IMG/VR virus record: IMGVR_UViG_2698536533_000001
Strand: one strand, 5' to 3'
Source of the DNA: a virus
Lineage: Duplodnaviria > Heunggongvirae > Uroviricota > Caudoviricetes
Length of the DNA: 7,114 bases
Shown here: one piece after another, positions 1 through 7,016 of the stretch
How positions within the stretch are numbered: the stretch's first letter is position 1
Layout: every line of letters begins with the position of its first letter
The notes under the pieces: model-generated
Seen by the model: only the letters and a program-made list of their open reading frames with translations
Database searches by the model: none
What the model was told of the DNA's origin: nothing
Program-made: the position numbers and the translations under genes

Positions 1-1
1 G

Positions 2-415
2 CAGCGCGACAAAAACGCAAGAGAACTGAAGCTGGCGAACGCAACCATTACTGACATGCAGCAGCGCCAGCGTGATGCTGATGCACTCGATGCTAAATAC
101 ACGAAGGAGTTAGCTGATGCGAAAGCTGAAAATGATGCTCTTCGGCGCAAGCTTGATAATGGTGGTCGGGTGCTCGTCAAAGGAAAATGCCCTGTGCCAT
201 CCTCAGCCGAAACCTCCAGCGCCTCCGGCATGGGCAATGATGCCACCGTCNNNNNNNNNNNNNNNNNNNNNNNNNNNNNNNNNNNNNNNNNNNNNNNNNN
301 NNNNNNNNNNNNNNNNNNNNNNNNNNNNNNNNNNNNNNNNNNNNNNNNNNNNNNNNNNNNNNNNNNNNNNNNNNNNNNNNNNNNNNNNNNNNAACATAAA
401 GTGCTGACCAGCTAG
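2..415 (+). CDS. Rz: Rz-like i-spanin (inner-membrane spanin subunit), 5'-partial; interrupted by the N-run, true stop probably hidden inside 251-392
   Basis: Frame 2 translation from the window edge ([48 protein letters not shown]...) closely matches my recollection of phage lambda Rz. The ORF runs off the 5' end of the window. The end at 415 is the ORF-track maximum; a lambda-length Rz would stop near 355-360, inside the N-run. Confidence 0.8.
   Translation, partial: QRDKNARELKLANATITDMQQRQRDADALDAKYTKELADAKAENDALRRKLDNGGRVLVKGKCPVPSSAETSSASGMGNDATVXXXXXXXXXXXXXXXXXXXXXXXXXXXXXXXXXXXXXXXXXXXXXXXXHKVLTS
117..300 (+). CDS. Rz1: Rz1-like o-spanin (outer-membrane lipoprotein), embedded in the +1 frame of Rz; 3' end approximate (inside N-run)
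   Basis: ATG at 117 is preceded by AAGGAG (102-107, 9-nt spacer). Product [44 protein letters not shown] has a signal peptide with lipobox (VVGC) followed by a proline-rich stretch, the classic Rz1 architecture nested out of frame inside Rz. End is estimated from the ~60-aa lambda Rz1 length. Confidence 0.75.
251..392. other. Run of 142 N (assembly gap or masked sequence)
   Basis: Directly visible in the sequence. It hides the 3' ends of Rz, Rz1 and the convergent minus-strand gene, so ORF-track ends across it (e.g. 177 for the minus ORF) are artefacts of N being translated as X. Confidence 0.99.
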
Positions 416-866
416 CAGCTGAAATCAGACTCACTGTATACACTTTCACTGGATGAAGTTGCAACATTCCTGCCACCAAAGGAGCAATATAACGCAGCAC
501 GGCGATAAAGCGCGAAGTGAAAAGTATTGACACAGAGTTATTTTGCAACTGAAGGCGAACCCGTTCTATTGTATTGGAACGGCTTGATATTATACATGCA
601 AGTTGAGGGATATGCCCAATTATTATACCAAGATGGTAATTAACGATAGTACCGCACCATGCGCCACTCATGACCGTGATTCCAGCTTCCCATGGTGAAA
701 GAGTCGTCTTGCTGACTGTAATTACAGTGGCCATCATAATTGATGCTGGTGGCAATATCGCCGAAATGAGTAAAGTGGATTTTGTGAACGCTATTATAAA
801 AAGAAGCCCCCATAGGCGATATGGATGAAGTACAAAATAGTTCATCAAAGCATTTATCCACTCCAT
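393..866 (-). CDS. YqaA/DedA (SNARE-associated)-like small inner-membrane protein; phage moron; 3' end lies in the N-run
   Basis: Minus-strand ORF with ATG at 866-864 (TTG alternative at 869-867) preceded by AGGAAAG RBS. Product MMEWINALMNYFVLHPYRLWGLLFIIAFTKSTLLISAILPPASIMMATVITVSKTTLSPWEAGITVMSGAWCGTIVNYHLGIIIG...LRYIAPLVAGMLQLHP... is strongly hydrophobic with several predicted TM segments. Motif spacing (AFxxSTLL, S-PW, GxxxGxxxNxxLG, PLVAG) resembles my recollection of E. coli YqaA. The region is about 38-40% GC versus roughly 50-60% in the late genes. Confidence 0.5.
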
Positions 867-919
867 CAATGTCTTTCCTTCTGTGAATTTTTCTTTGCTA
901 TTTAACCGTGATACGACTT

Positions 920-949
920 AATTTAGGCTTAAACACCTTACATTTACAA
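920..949 (-). promoter_or_regulatory. Candidate sigma70-type promoter for the minus-strand membrane-protein gene
   Basis: On the minus strand: TTGTAA (plus 944-949), 18-nt spacer, TAAATT (plus 920-925), about 50 nt upstream of the start at 866. Weak match to consensus; sequence inspection only. Confidence 0.2.
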
Positions 950-1063
950 GGTACTCCTGTGGGGGGCCCTGCCACGGAGCGTCGCAGGAGTGAGTGATGA
1001 GGAAGAATTAAAGCAACCTATTGTGACAGGCAGCGATAACAGTAAATCACAGGAAGCATAATC

Positions 1064-1828
1064 ATGGCAAAACCGGACTGGGAGGCCATCGAATCGGCAT
1101 ACCGGGCCGGAGTCCTTAGCCTCCGTGATATAGGCGAGAAATACGGCGTTACAGAAGGGGCTATCAGGAAGAGGGCCAAAAAGCTTGGTTGGGCACGCAG
1201 TGGCGGTACGCAGGTTTGCAAAAATGGTACGCAAAAAAGGAAAGTGCGTACCAGCAGAAAGCCTGCCATTACTGGCCTTACACAAAAAAGTACGCAACTA
1301 AAAACAGAATCTACACCGGATACGAAACCGATACGCGGAATGCGTACCGATCCCCCGACTAACCCATTCCAACCCGGTAACCAGCAGGCATTAAAACACG
1401 GTGGTTATGCCCGTCGCCTTCTGCTCAAAGATGAGGTGATAGAGGACGCTAAAGCGTTGACGCTCGAGGACGAATTATTTCGCCTTCGTGCTAACAACCT
1501 TGTCGCTGCAGAGAATATTGGTCGGTGGTTGGTGTCGCTGGAAGATGCTAATGGGGACCAGGAAAGGAAGATGCTGATTGAAAATATCAGCGCCGCCGAG
1601 AAAGCAATGATGCGCAATACAGTTCGTATTGAGTCCATCGTTGGCACGCTTGCGACGGTAGGAAAAATATTTGCTGATACAGCCTACCGCAAGGCCGCCA
1701 CTGATAAGGTGTCTCTGGAGGCTGATCGTCTTCGCCGTGATGCAGGTATTGATGATGGCAATGGAGAGCGTGACCTCAATGACTTCTACTCTGACATCCA
1801 AACCGACGCTGAATCCGGCTTTACGTAG
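1064..1828 (+). CDS. Terminase small subunit (N-terminal HTH DNA-binding domain)
   Basis: ATG at 1064 with AGGAAG RBS (1049-1054). N-terminus AIESAYRAGVLSLRDIGEKYGVTEGAIRKRAKKLGW is HTH-like. A basic low-complexity linker and a NPFQPGNQQALKHGGYA motif are typical of phage small terminases as I recall them. It sits immediately upstream of the large terminase. Stop is TAG at 1826-1828. Confidence 0.85.
   Translation: MAKPDWEAIESAYRAGVLSLRDIGEKYGVTEGAIRKRAKKLGWARSGGTQVCKNGTQKRKVRTSRKPAITGLTQKSTQLKTESTPDTKPIRGMRTDPPTNPFQPGNQQALKHGGYARRLLLKDEVIEDAKALTLEDELFRLRANNLVAAENIGRWLVSLEDANGDQERKMLIENISAAEKAMMRNTVRIESIVGTLATVGKIFADTAYRKAATDKVSLEADRLRRDAGIDDGNGERDLNDFYSDIQTDAESGFT
1205..1348. repeat. Cluster of 5 GTACGC-core motifs (3 direct GGTACGCA-like, 2 inverted TGCGTACC) inside terS; candidate pac or TerS recognition site
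   Basis: GGTACGCA at 1205-1212 and 1226-1233; GTACGCA at 1290-1296; TGCGTACC at 1245-1252 and 1341-1348. A 6-mer in either orientation is expected about 0.07 times in 144 bp; the rest of the window carries only about 3 copies (near 2646, 3908, 5098), which is roughly background. Confidence 0.35.
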
Positions 1829-3182
1829 TTTCTGGACTATGCGGGCACGTAACAAAGTGCTTTATGGTGGTCGGTCATCGTCAAAATCATGGGATGCCGC
1901 TGGCATTGCCATATTTCTGTCGAATAAATACACCCTGCGTTTTTGTTGTGCCCGTCAGATCCAGAATAAAATCGAAGAGTCGGTGTATACCCTGCTCAAA
2001 ATTCAGATAGACAGGTTTGGTCTGCGGCACCGTTTCCGTATTCTGAACAACAAAATCATTAACCGGGTTACTGGCTCGGAATTTGTTTTTTATGGATTAT
2101 GGCGCAACATCGAAGAAATTAAGTCACTGGAGGGGATCGATGTGTTGTGGCTGGAAGAAGCCCACGCACTGACGGAATACCAGTGGAAAATTCTGGAGCC
2201 AACGATCCGTAAAGAGGGTTCGGAATGCTGGTTCATATTCAACCCCGGACTTGTTACTGATTTCGTCTGGCGCAACTTCGTTGTTGATCCGCCCGAAGGC
2301 ACTCTCATCCGCAAAATTAACTATGACGAAAATCCGTTTCTGTCTGACACCATGCTTAAGGTTATCGACGCGGCGCGACGCCGTGATCCGGATGGTTTTA
2401 AACATGTGTATGAGGGCGTTCCGGAGTCTGATGATGATGCGGCAATCATCAAACTGTCTTGGATAGAAGCCGCAGTGGATGCGCACAAAACGTTAAATTT
2501 CGAACCCAGTGGAAGAAAGCGTATTGGCTTTGACGTGGCTGACAGTGGTACAGATAAGTGCGCTAACGTTTACCGTCACGGATCCGTTGTTTTCTGGGCC
2601 GACGAATGGAAGGCCAAAGAAGATGAATTACTGAAGAGCTGCCAGCGTACTTATCAGGCGGCGCTGGAGCGTGAAGCAGATATTGTTTACGACTCTATCG
2701 GTGTTGGTGCGTCTGCCGGTGCTAAATTCTCTGAAATTAACGCTGACCGGAAGAGCGAGAACGCATACGCGCGACGTGTGAATTACCAGAGGTTTAACGC
2801 CGGTGCTGGTGTGCATGAGCCAGATGACGAGTACAACGGCATCCCCAACAAAGACTTTTTCGCAAATCTTAAGGCTCAGGCATGGTGGCTGGTGGCTGAC
2901 CGTTTCAGAAATACGTTTAACGCCATTAACAACGGAGAACAGTATCCTGTGGATGAGCTGATCAGCATAGATTCTCGTTGTCCGTTGCTTGAAAAGCTGA
3001 AACTGGAACTGACAACACCTCATCGTGATTTCGACCGTAACGGACGTGTGATGGTCGAAAGTAAAAAAGACCTCGCAAAACGCGAGATACCGTCACCAAA
3101 CGTTGCTGATGCATTCATTATGGCCTTCGCGCCAATCGATACATCGCTGGATATCTGGGAACAGCTGGGGAGACAGGCCTGA
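1779..3182 (+). CDS. Terminase large subunit (PBSX/Terminase_6-like ATPase-nuclease); start uncertain
   Basis: Walker A-like KVLYGGRSSSKSWD preceded by LNPALRSFW, typical of PBSX-family large terminases. ORF-track start 1671 overlaps terS by 158 nt; ATG 1779 (GGAGAG RBS about 10 nt upstream, 50-nt overlap) keeps the conserved LNPAL segment. ATG 1839 is also possible but would drop that motif. Stop TGA 3180-3182 overlaps the next ATG (ATGA). Confidence 0.85.
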   Translation: MTSTLTSKPTLNPALRSFWTMRARNKVLYGGRSSSKSWDAAGIAIFLSNKYTLRFCCARQIQNKIEESVYTLLKIQIDRFGLRHRFRILNNKIINRVTGSEFVFYGLWRNIEEIKSLEGIDVLWLEEAHALTEYQWKILEPTIRKEGSECWFIFNPGLVTDFVWRNFVVDPPEGTLIRKINYDENPFLSDTMLKVIDAARRRDPDGFKHVYEGVPESDDDAAIIKLSWIEAAVDAHKTLNFEPSGRKRIGFDVADSGTDKCANVYRHGSVVFWADEWKAKEDELLKSCQRTYQAALEREADIVYDSIGVGASAGAKFSEINADRKSENAYARRVNYQRFNAGAGVHEPDDEYNGIPNKDFFANLKAQAWWLVADRFRNTFNAINNGEQYPVDELISIDSRCPLLEKLKLELTTPHRDFDRNGRVMVESKKDLAKREIPSPNVADAFIMAFAPIDTSLDIWEQLGRQA

Positions 3183-3565
3183 TGGCACGAAACAAACAAG
3201 CCCTGCGGCGAACTGTGCAGGCCACAGCTGATGGTTATGAGAATTTTATTGCCCGCGTAGGGATGCAGACACCTAACCAGCACTCAGCATCCACCTACCG
3301 GGCTAATTTCACCAGTCGTAACCGCATGCTGGTGGAATGGTCCTATCGTTCATCCTAGATCATCGGCGAAGCAGTCGATGCTATCCCGGATGATATGACC
3401 CGCAAAGGCATTCGCATCACTTCGGAAATTGATGCAAAAGATCGTGGCATTCTCGAATCACAACTGGATGAGTTGCAAATCTGGGATGCGCTGAATGACG
3501 TGCTGAAATGGTCGCGCCTCTACGGCGGCGCGGTGGGTTTCATCATGATTGAGGGGTAGGCACCA
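3182..3565 (+). pseudogene. Portal N-terminal region, same frame as the downstream portal ORF, interrupted by two in-frame amber codons (TAG 3356-3358 and 3557-3559)
   Basis: ATG 3182 overlaps the terL stop (ATGA) and has a GGGGAGA RBS. Hand translation: MARNKQALRRTVQATADGYENFIARVGMQTPNQHSASTYRANFTSRNRMLVEWSYRSS*IIGEAVDAIPDDMTRKGIRITSEIDAKDRGILESQLDELQIWDALNDVLKWSRLYGGAVGFIMIEG*APMTPL..., running in frame into the ATG at 3566. There is no frameshift, only the two TAG codons. Confidence 0.6.
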
Positions 3566-4648
3566 ATGACCCCGCTGCGACCCGAAACCATCGGTAAGGG
3601 CAAGTTTAAGGGGATTCTCCCGCTCGACCGCTGGATGGTCGACCCGGCACTGACCCGCCGCATTAAAGATATGGGGCCGGACCTGGGTAAACCTGAGTTT
3701 TACGATGTGGTGACCACAGCAACGGGAATTCCTGCCTGGCGCATTCATCACAGTCGCCTGATTCGCTTTGATGGCGTCACGTTGCCATTTCAGCAGAAGA
3801 TGACCGAGAACGAATGGGGAATGTCGGTTGTAGAGCGTATCTGGGATCGTCTTACCGCGTTCGACAGCGCTACTGTCGGCGCGGCGCAGCTGGTCTACAA
3901 GGCGCATTTGCGTACCTACAGCGTGGAGAAGCTACGCGAGCTTATCGCACTTGGTGGTCCTGCGTATGAAGCGTTGCTGAAGAATATCGACCTGATTCGA
4001 CAGTTCCAGAGTAATGAAGGCATGACGCTCATGGACTCGCGGGATAAGTTTGAAACCCATCAGTACAGCTTCAGTGGTCTGGATGACATCCTTTCGCAGT
4101 TTGTAGAACAGATTAGTGGCGCTGTTGGTATCCCACTGGTGCGGTTGTTCGGACAGTCCCCGAAAGGATTTTCTACCGGTGATGCAGACCTTGCCAACTA
4201 TTACGATCGCATCAGTTCGTTGCAGGAGAGGCGTTTACGTCTTCCGGTGCGGCGGATACTGGACATCATGCATCGTTCGGAACTTGGCAAGCCGCTGCCG
4301 GACGATTTCACGTTTGAGTTTAACCCGCTCTGGCAAATGTCTGATGTCGATCGCTCAACGGTGGCGTTAAACACCACCAACGCAATCAGTACGGCGCTGG
4401 GTGATGGTCTGATGACACTGAAAGCCGCTATGACTGATTTGCGAGAAAATTCTGACGTAACCGGCATCGGGGCATCCATTACCGACGAGGACATCGAGAA
4501 TGCCGAAGATGAAGCGCCGCCCGGCATCGGCGAACCTGATGACGAACCGCAGGAGCCGTCAGGCGGAAATCCGGTATCGAACCAGCCTACGCAGGATAGC
4601 GAGGGCGGTCGGAGACATCGTAAATGGTCGCTACGATGGTTCAAATGA
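3566..4648 (+). CDS. Phage portal protein (longest uninterrupted segment; the full frame begins at 3182)
   Basis: 360-aa ORF directly after terL in the canonical portal position, with an acidic C-terminal tail (EDEAPPGIGEPDDEPQEP...). GAGGGG RBS lies 9 nt upstream of ATG 3566. Stop TGA 4646-4648. Confidence 0.8.
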   Translation: MTPLRPETIGKGKFKGILPLDRWMVDPALTRRIKDMGPDLGKPEFYDVVTTATGIPAWRIHHSRLIRFDGVTLPFQQKMTENEWGMSVVERIWDRLTAFDSATVGAAQLVYKAHLRTYSVEKLRELIALGGPAYEALLKNIDLIRQFQSNEGMTLMDSRDKFETHQYSFSGLDDILSQFVEQISGAVGIPLVRLFGQSPKGFSTGDADLANYYDRISSLQERRLRLPVRRILDIMHRSELGKPLPDDFTFEFNPLWQMSDVDRSTVALNTTNAISTALGDGLMTLKAAMTDLRENSDVTGIGASITDEDIENAEDEAPPGIGEPDDEPQEPSGGNPVSNQPTQDSEGGRRHRKWSLRWFK

Positions 4649-5282
4649 CAGTATCACGGAAATTATTGCGGCGCTGGAGCGTTACAGTGAAATCATCACC
4701 CCCTGGGCGACAAAGGTCGCGGAAAACTTTACTGCGGACCTAACCCGGCAGAACGAGAAAGTTTGGCGGCAACACAGCAAGAACATCAGTCGCGAGCTCC
4801 GCAATCTTGTGGAAAGCGCTCCTGTGGGCCAGGTGATGCAATCCATCATCGCCGAACAGGTCAAGTACATCAAATCTCTGCCTCTCGAGGCCGCAGACAG
4901 GGTGTACGACATCCAGAACAAAGCGATAGAGGCTGTTGTCACCGGTGGTCGGGCGGAGCAGTTTGCTAAAGAGATTGCATCTACCGGCGATGTTGCTAAG
5001 TCTAGGGCCGATCTGATTGCCCGAACGGAACTGGGAAGAGCAACGGGCGCGCTGGATATGGCCCGAGCGATAGCTATTGGCTCGGATGGTTATATTTGGC
5101 GTACAGCCGATGATGGCGATGTCCGAGATTCCCACGATCACATGAAAGGTAAATTCGTCCGCTGGGATTCACCTCCAACTTTGGACGGCATGACCGGCCA
5201 CGCGGGCGAGCTGCCAAACTGCCGCTGCTATAAAGAGATCGTGTTTGTTCGCGTTCCATTCGCAATGAAAAGGGCAGCATAA
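4500..5282 (+). CDS. Head morphogenesis protein, Mu F / SPP1 gp7 family
   Basis: C-terminal region IWRTADDGDVRDSHDHMKGKFVRWDSPPTLDGMTGHAGELPNCRCYKEIV carries the D-x-R-x-x-H ... NCRC signature I associate with Mu F-like domains. GAGGA RBS 8 nt upstream of ATG 4500; alternative start at ATG 4539. It overlaps the portal 3' end by 149 nt in another frame. Confidence 0.8.
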   Translation: MPKMKRRPASANLMTNRRSRQAEIRYRTSLRRIARAVGDIVNGRYDGSNDSITEIIAALERYSEIITPWATKVAENFTADLTRQNEKVWRQHSKNISRELRNLVESAPVGQVMQSIIAEQVKYIKSLPLEAADRVYDIQNKAIEAVVTGGRAEQFAKEIASTGDVAKSRADLIARTELGRATGALDMARAIAIGSDGYIWRTADDGDVRDSHDHMKGKFVRWDSPPTLDGMTGHAGELPNCRCYKEIVFVRVPFAMKRAA

Positions 5283-5285
5283 CCC

Positions 5286-6506
5286 ATGAAATACTTTTTT
5301 GAGACCAGGCTCGGGGAAACCCGATACCGCCTGGCTGACGGCTCGTTGCTGTGCAAAGACGTGCCGATAGGACGAACAGGTAAGCAGCTCTATGGTGCTG
5401 ATGACCTGCCAAAACTGAAACCCGATAAGTTCGGTGAAATAGTCGTCACGCGTTCTCCTGAGCAGGTATTCCATCCGGCCACGCTTGCCTCATTCGAAGG
5501 GATGAGCATCACGATCCTGCATCCTGAAGATGAAAACGGGAATGTGCGGCTGGTAAATCCCGAGAACTGGAAAGAGCTTGCTGTCGGGCACCTCCAGAAT
5601 GTCCGGCGCGGGACGGGTGAGCAGTCTGATTTGATGCTGGCTGACCTTATCGTCAAAGACGAAAGCGCCATTCAGCTTATCGAAGATGGCCTGCGCGAAG
5701 TGTCGTGCGGCTATGACGCGGAGTACGAGCAGACCGAGCCAGGTAAAGCCGAGCAGGTCGATATTACCGGAAACCATGTGGCTCTTGTCCCTAAAGGCAG
5801 AGCCGGAAATCGTTGTGCAATTGGAGACAGAGACACAATGGCAAATCAAAAGAAAAACTGGTGGAACCGCATGCGTGCGGCCATCAAGACAGGAGATGCC
5901 GACACCATGAACGAACTGGTGGAGTCGGCTCCCGCATCGGTTACAGGAGATGAGGGGGATTTGCCGCAGGGCGTTAATCTCAACATCAACCTGTCCCCGC
6001 AGCAACCACTACCGGACAAAGCACCAGAGATGGGCGGAGATCCAACCGGCGACAGTGATGATGACCTCAAAACATTACTGAAAGCCCTGCTGGCTAAGCT
6101 GGAAAGAAATGCCACGGGCGATAACGATAATAAGCCTGACGATAATCCGACCGGTGACGGCGAGGACGATGAAGAGGAAACCACGATTACTGGTGACTCA
6201 GCCTGGCGTGCCGAAGTTATCGTTCCGGGTATCGATCTGAGCCGTAAGATGAAACCGACCGCGTTCAAACGCGAGGTTCTGGCTTCTGCTGACAAAACGC
6301 TGGTTCGCCAGATAGTCGGTGATGCGGATATCCGCAAATTACCGAAACAATCGGTCGACATGGCGTTTAATGCCGTGTCTGAGGTTGCCAAAGGGCGAAA
6401 CACCCGCGCCACCACCGGCGATGCACAGCGCCTAAACATGGGCATGACCAGTATCGCTTCCCTGAACAAACAAAACGCTGAATTCTGGGCAAACCGTAAA
6501 GGGTAA
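5286..6506 (+). CDS. Putative scaffolding (or protease/scaffold) protein with acidic low-complexity central region
   Basis: 406-aa ORF 4 nt after the previous stop. The central region is rich in D/E with recurring TGD tripeptides (VTGDEGD, PTGDSDDD, ATGDNDN, PTGDGEDDEEE, ITGDSAW, TTGDAQ). Its position between the Mu F-like gene and downstream head genes fits a scaffold. Function is inferred from position and composition only. Confidence 0.5.
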   Translation: MKYFFETRLGETRYRLADGSLLCKDVPIGRTGKQLYGADDLPKLKPDKFGEIVVTRSPEQVFHPATLASFEGMSITILHPEDENGNVRLVNPENWKELAVGHLQNVRRGTGEQSDLMLADLIVKDESAIQLIEDGLREVSCGYDAEYEQTEPGKAEQVDITGNHVALVPKGRAGNRCAIGDRDTMANQKKNWWNRMRAAIKTGDADTMNELVESAPASVTGDEGDLPQGVNLNINLSPQQPLPDKAPEMGGDPTGDSDDDLKTLLKALLAKLERNATGDNDNKPDDNPTGDGEDDEEETTITGDSAWRAEVIVPGIDLSRKMKPTAFKREVLASADKTLVRQIVGDADIRKLPKQSVDMAFNAVSEVAKGRNTRATTGDAQRLNMGMTSIASLNKQNAEFWANRKG

Positions 6507-6509
6507 AAA

Positions 6510-7016
6510 ATGAATAATGTATTTCTGTACCGGATGCCTGTTGGCATTGCCGGGGCTGTCTCTCGCCCGCAGGACTTAACCGTCGAACCGGTGGTCCTTA
6601 AATCCGATAACGCCTTCGCTGCCTATGGCCTGGCTGGTAAATACGATGATGACGGTTTTTTCGTGCCGCTGGCAGATGGTGATACCGCAGACAAGGTGAA
6701 GGGGATCTACGTGCGCCCTTATCCGACCACGTCGCAGCCGGACATGGTTCGCCAGGTGGGAACAGGCAAGAACTTCCCGGGCGACGCCATGAAGCGTGGC
6801 TACGTGACCGTTAATCTCGGTTCTGATTTTGATGCCAGCACTATCAAAAAAGGCGATCCGGTATACGTTGTCGTCTCCACTGATGAATCCATCAAAGTGC
6901 CGCTGGGTGGATTCATGTCCACGTCAGTCAGTGGCAAAAACGTGGTGCTGACCAACGCTGAATTCACAGGTGCCGGTGATGCTGACGGCAATGCAGAAAT
7001 TTCCTGGAAGATTTAA
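6510..7016 (+). CDS. Hypothetical head-associated structural protein (168 aa)
   Basis: ATG 6510 with AAAGGG RBS (6498-6503, 6-nt spacer), tightly coupled to the upstream gene and in the head-module position. No family confidently recognised from sequence alone. Confidence 0.6.
   Translation: MNNVFLYRMPVGIAGAVSRPQDLTVEPVVLKSDNAFAAYGLAGKYDDDGFFVPLADGDTADKVKGIYVRPYPTTSQPDMVRQVGTGKNFPGDAMKRGYVTVNLGSDFDASTIKKGDPVYVVVSTDESIKVPLGGFMSTSVSGKNVVLTNAEFTGAGDADGNAEISWKI

Noticed and set aside
640-861. 73-aa minus-strand ORF (GTG start), His-rich
   Set aside because: Lies entirely within the membrane-protein ORF in another frame, with no RBS and no recognisable features; most likely a shadow ORF.
177-869. 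230-aa minus-strand ORF as given by the ORF track
   Set aside because: Its extension from 392 down to 177 exists only because N is translated as X and then reads antisense through Rz. Only the 393-866 portion is supportable.
990-1061. Short plus-strand GTG-initiated ORF (about 23 aa) ending 2 nt before terS
   Set aside because: No usable RBS spacing (AGGAG directly abuts the GTG), very short, no features; probably 5' UTR.
944-1297. Minus-strand ORFs of 117 and 83 aa overlapping the terS 5' region
   Set aside because: Antisense to the well-supported terS gene and its RBS region, with no ribosome-binding site and Arg/Cys-rich composition typical of spurious antisense frames.
1671-1778. ORF-track start of the large terminase at 1671
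   Set aside because: It would overlap terS by 158 nt and add a hydrophobic, atypical N-terminus; ATG 1779 with an RBS keeps the conserved N-terminal motif. The exact start remains uncertain.
2090-2486. Minus-strand ORFs (74 and 120 aa) and a plus-strand 71-aa alternative-frame ORF (2251-2466) inside terL
   Set aside because: Embedded in or antisense to a conserved terminase ATPase region; no independent signals.
3182-4648. Genetic-code reassignment of TAG (recoded phage) as the explanation for the portal amber codons
   Set aside because: The other long late genes (terL, Mu F-like, scaffold) contain no in-frame TAG, terS terminates with TAG, and the lysis genes are lambda-like enterobacterial. 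Amber mutation or suppression is more parsimonious, though it cannot be excluded without a genome-wide view.
3458-5141. Minus-strand ORFs 3458-3907, 4201-4644, 4682-4942 and 4740-5141, and plus-strand alternative-frame ORFs 4116-4370 and 4763-4969
   Set aside because: All overlap the portal or Mu F-like coding frames; their compositions (Arg/Ser/Cys-rich) are typical of non-coding shadow frames in GC-rich coding DNA.
5074-6547. Minus-strand ORFs including the 233-aa Ser-rich ORF 5846-6547, and plus-strand 5686-5910
   Set aside because: Antisense or alternative-frame to the scaffold-like gene. The Ser-rich low complexity is the mirror image of the acidic GAT/GAC-rich sense strand.
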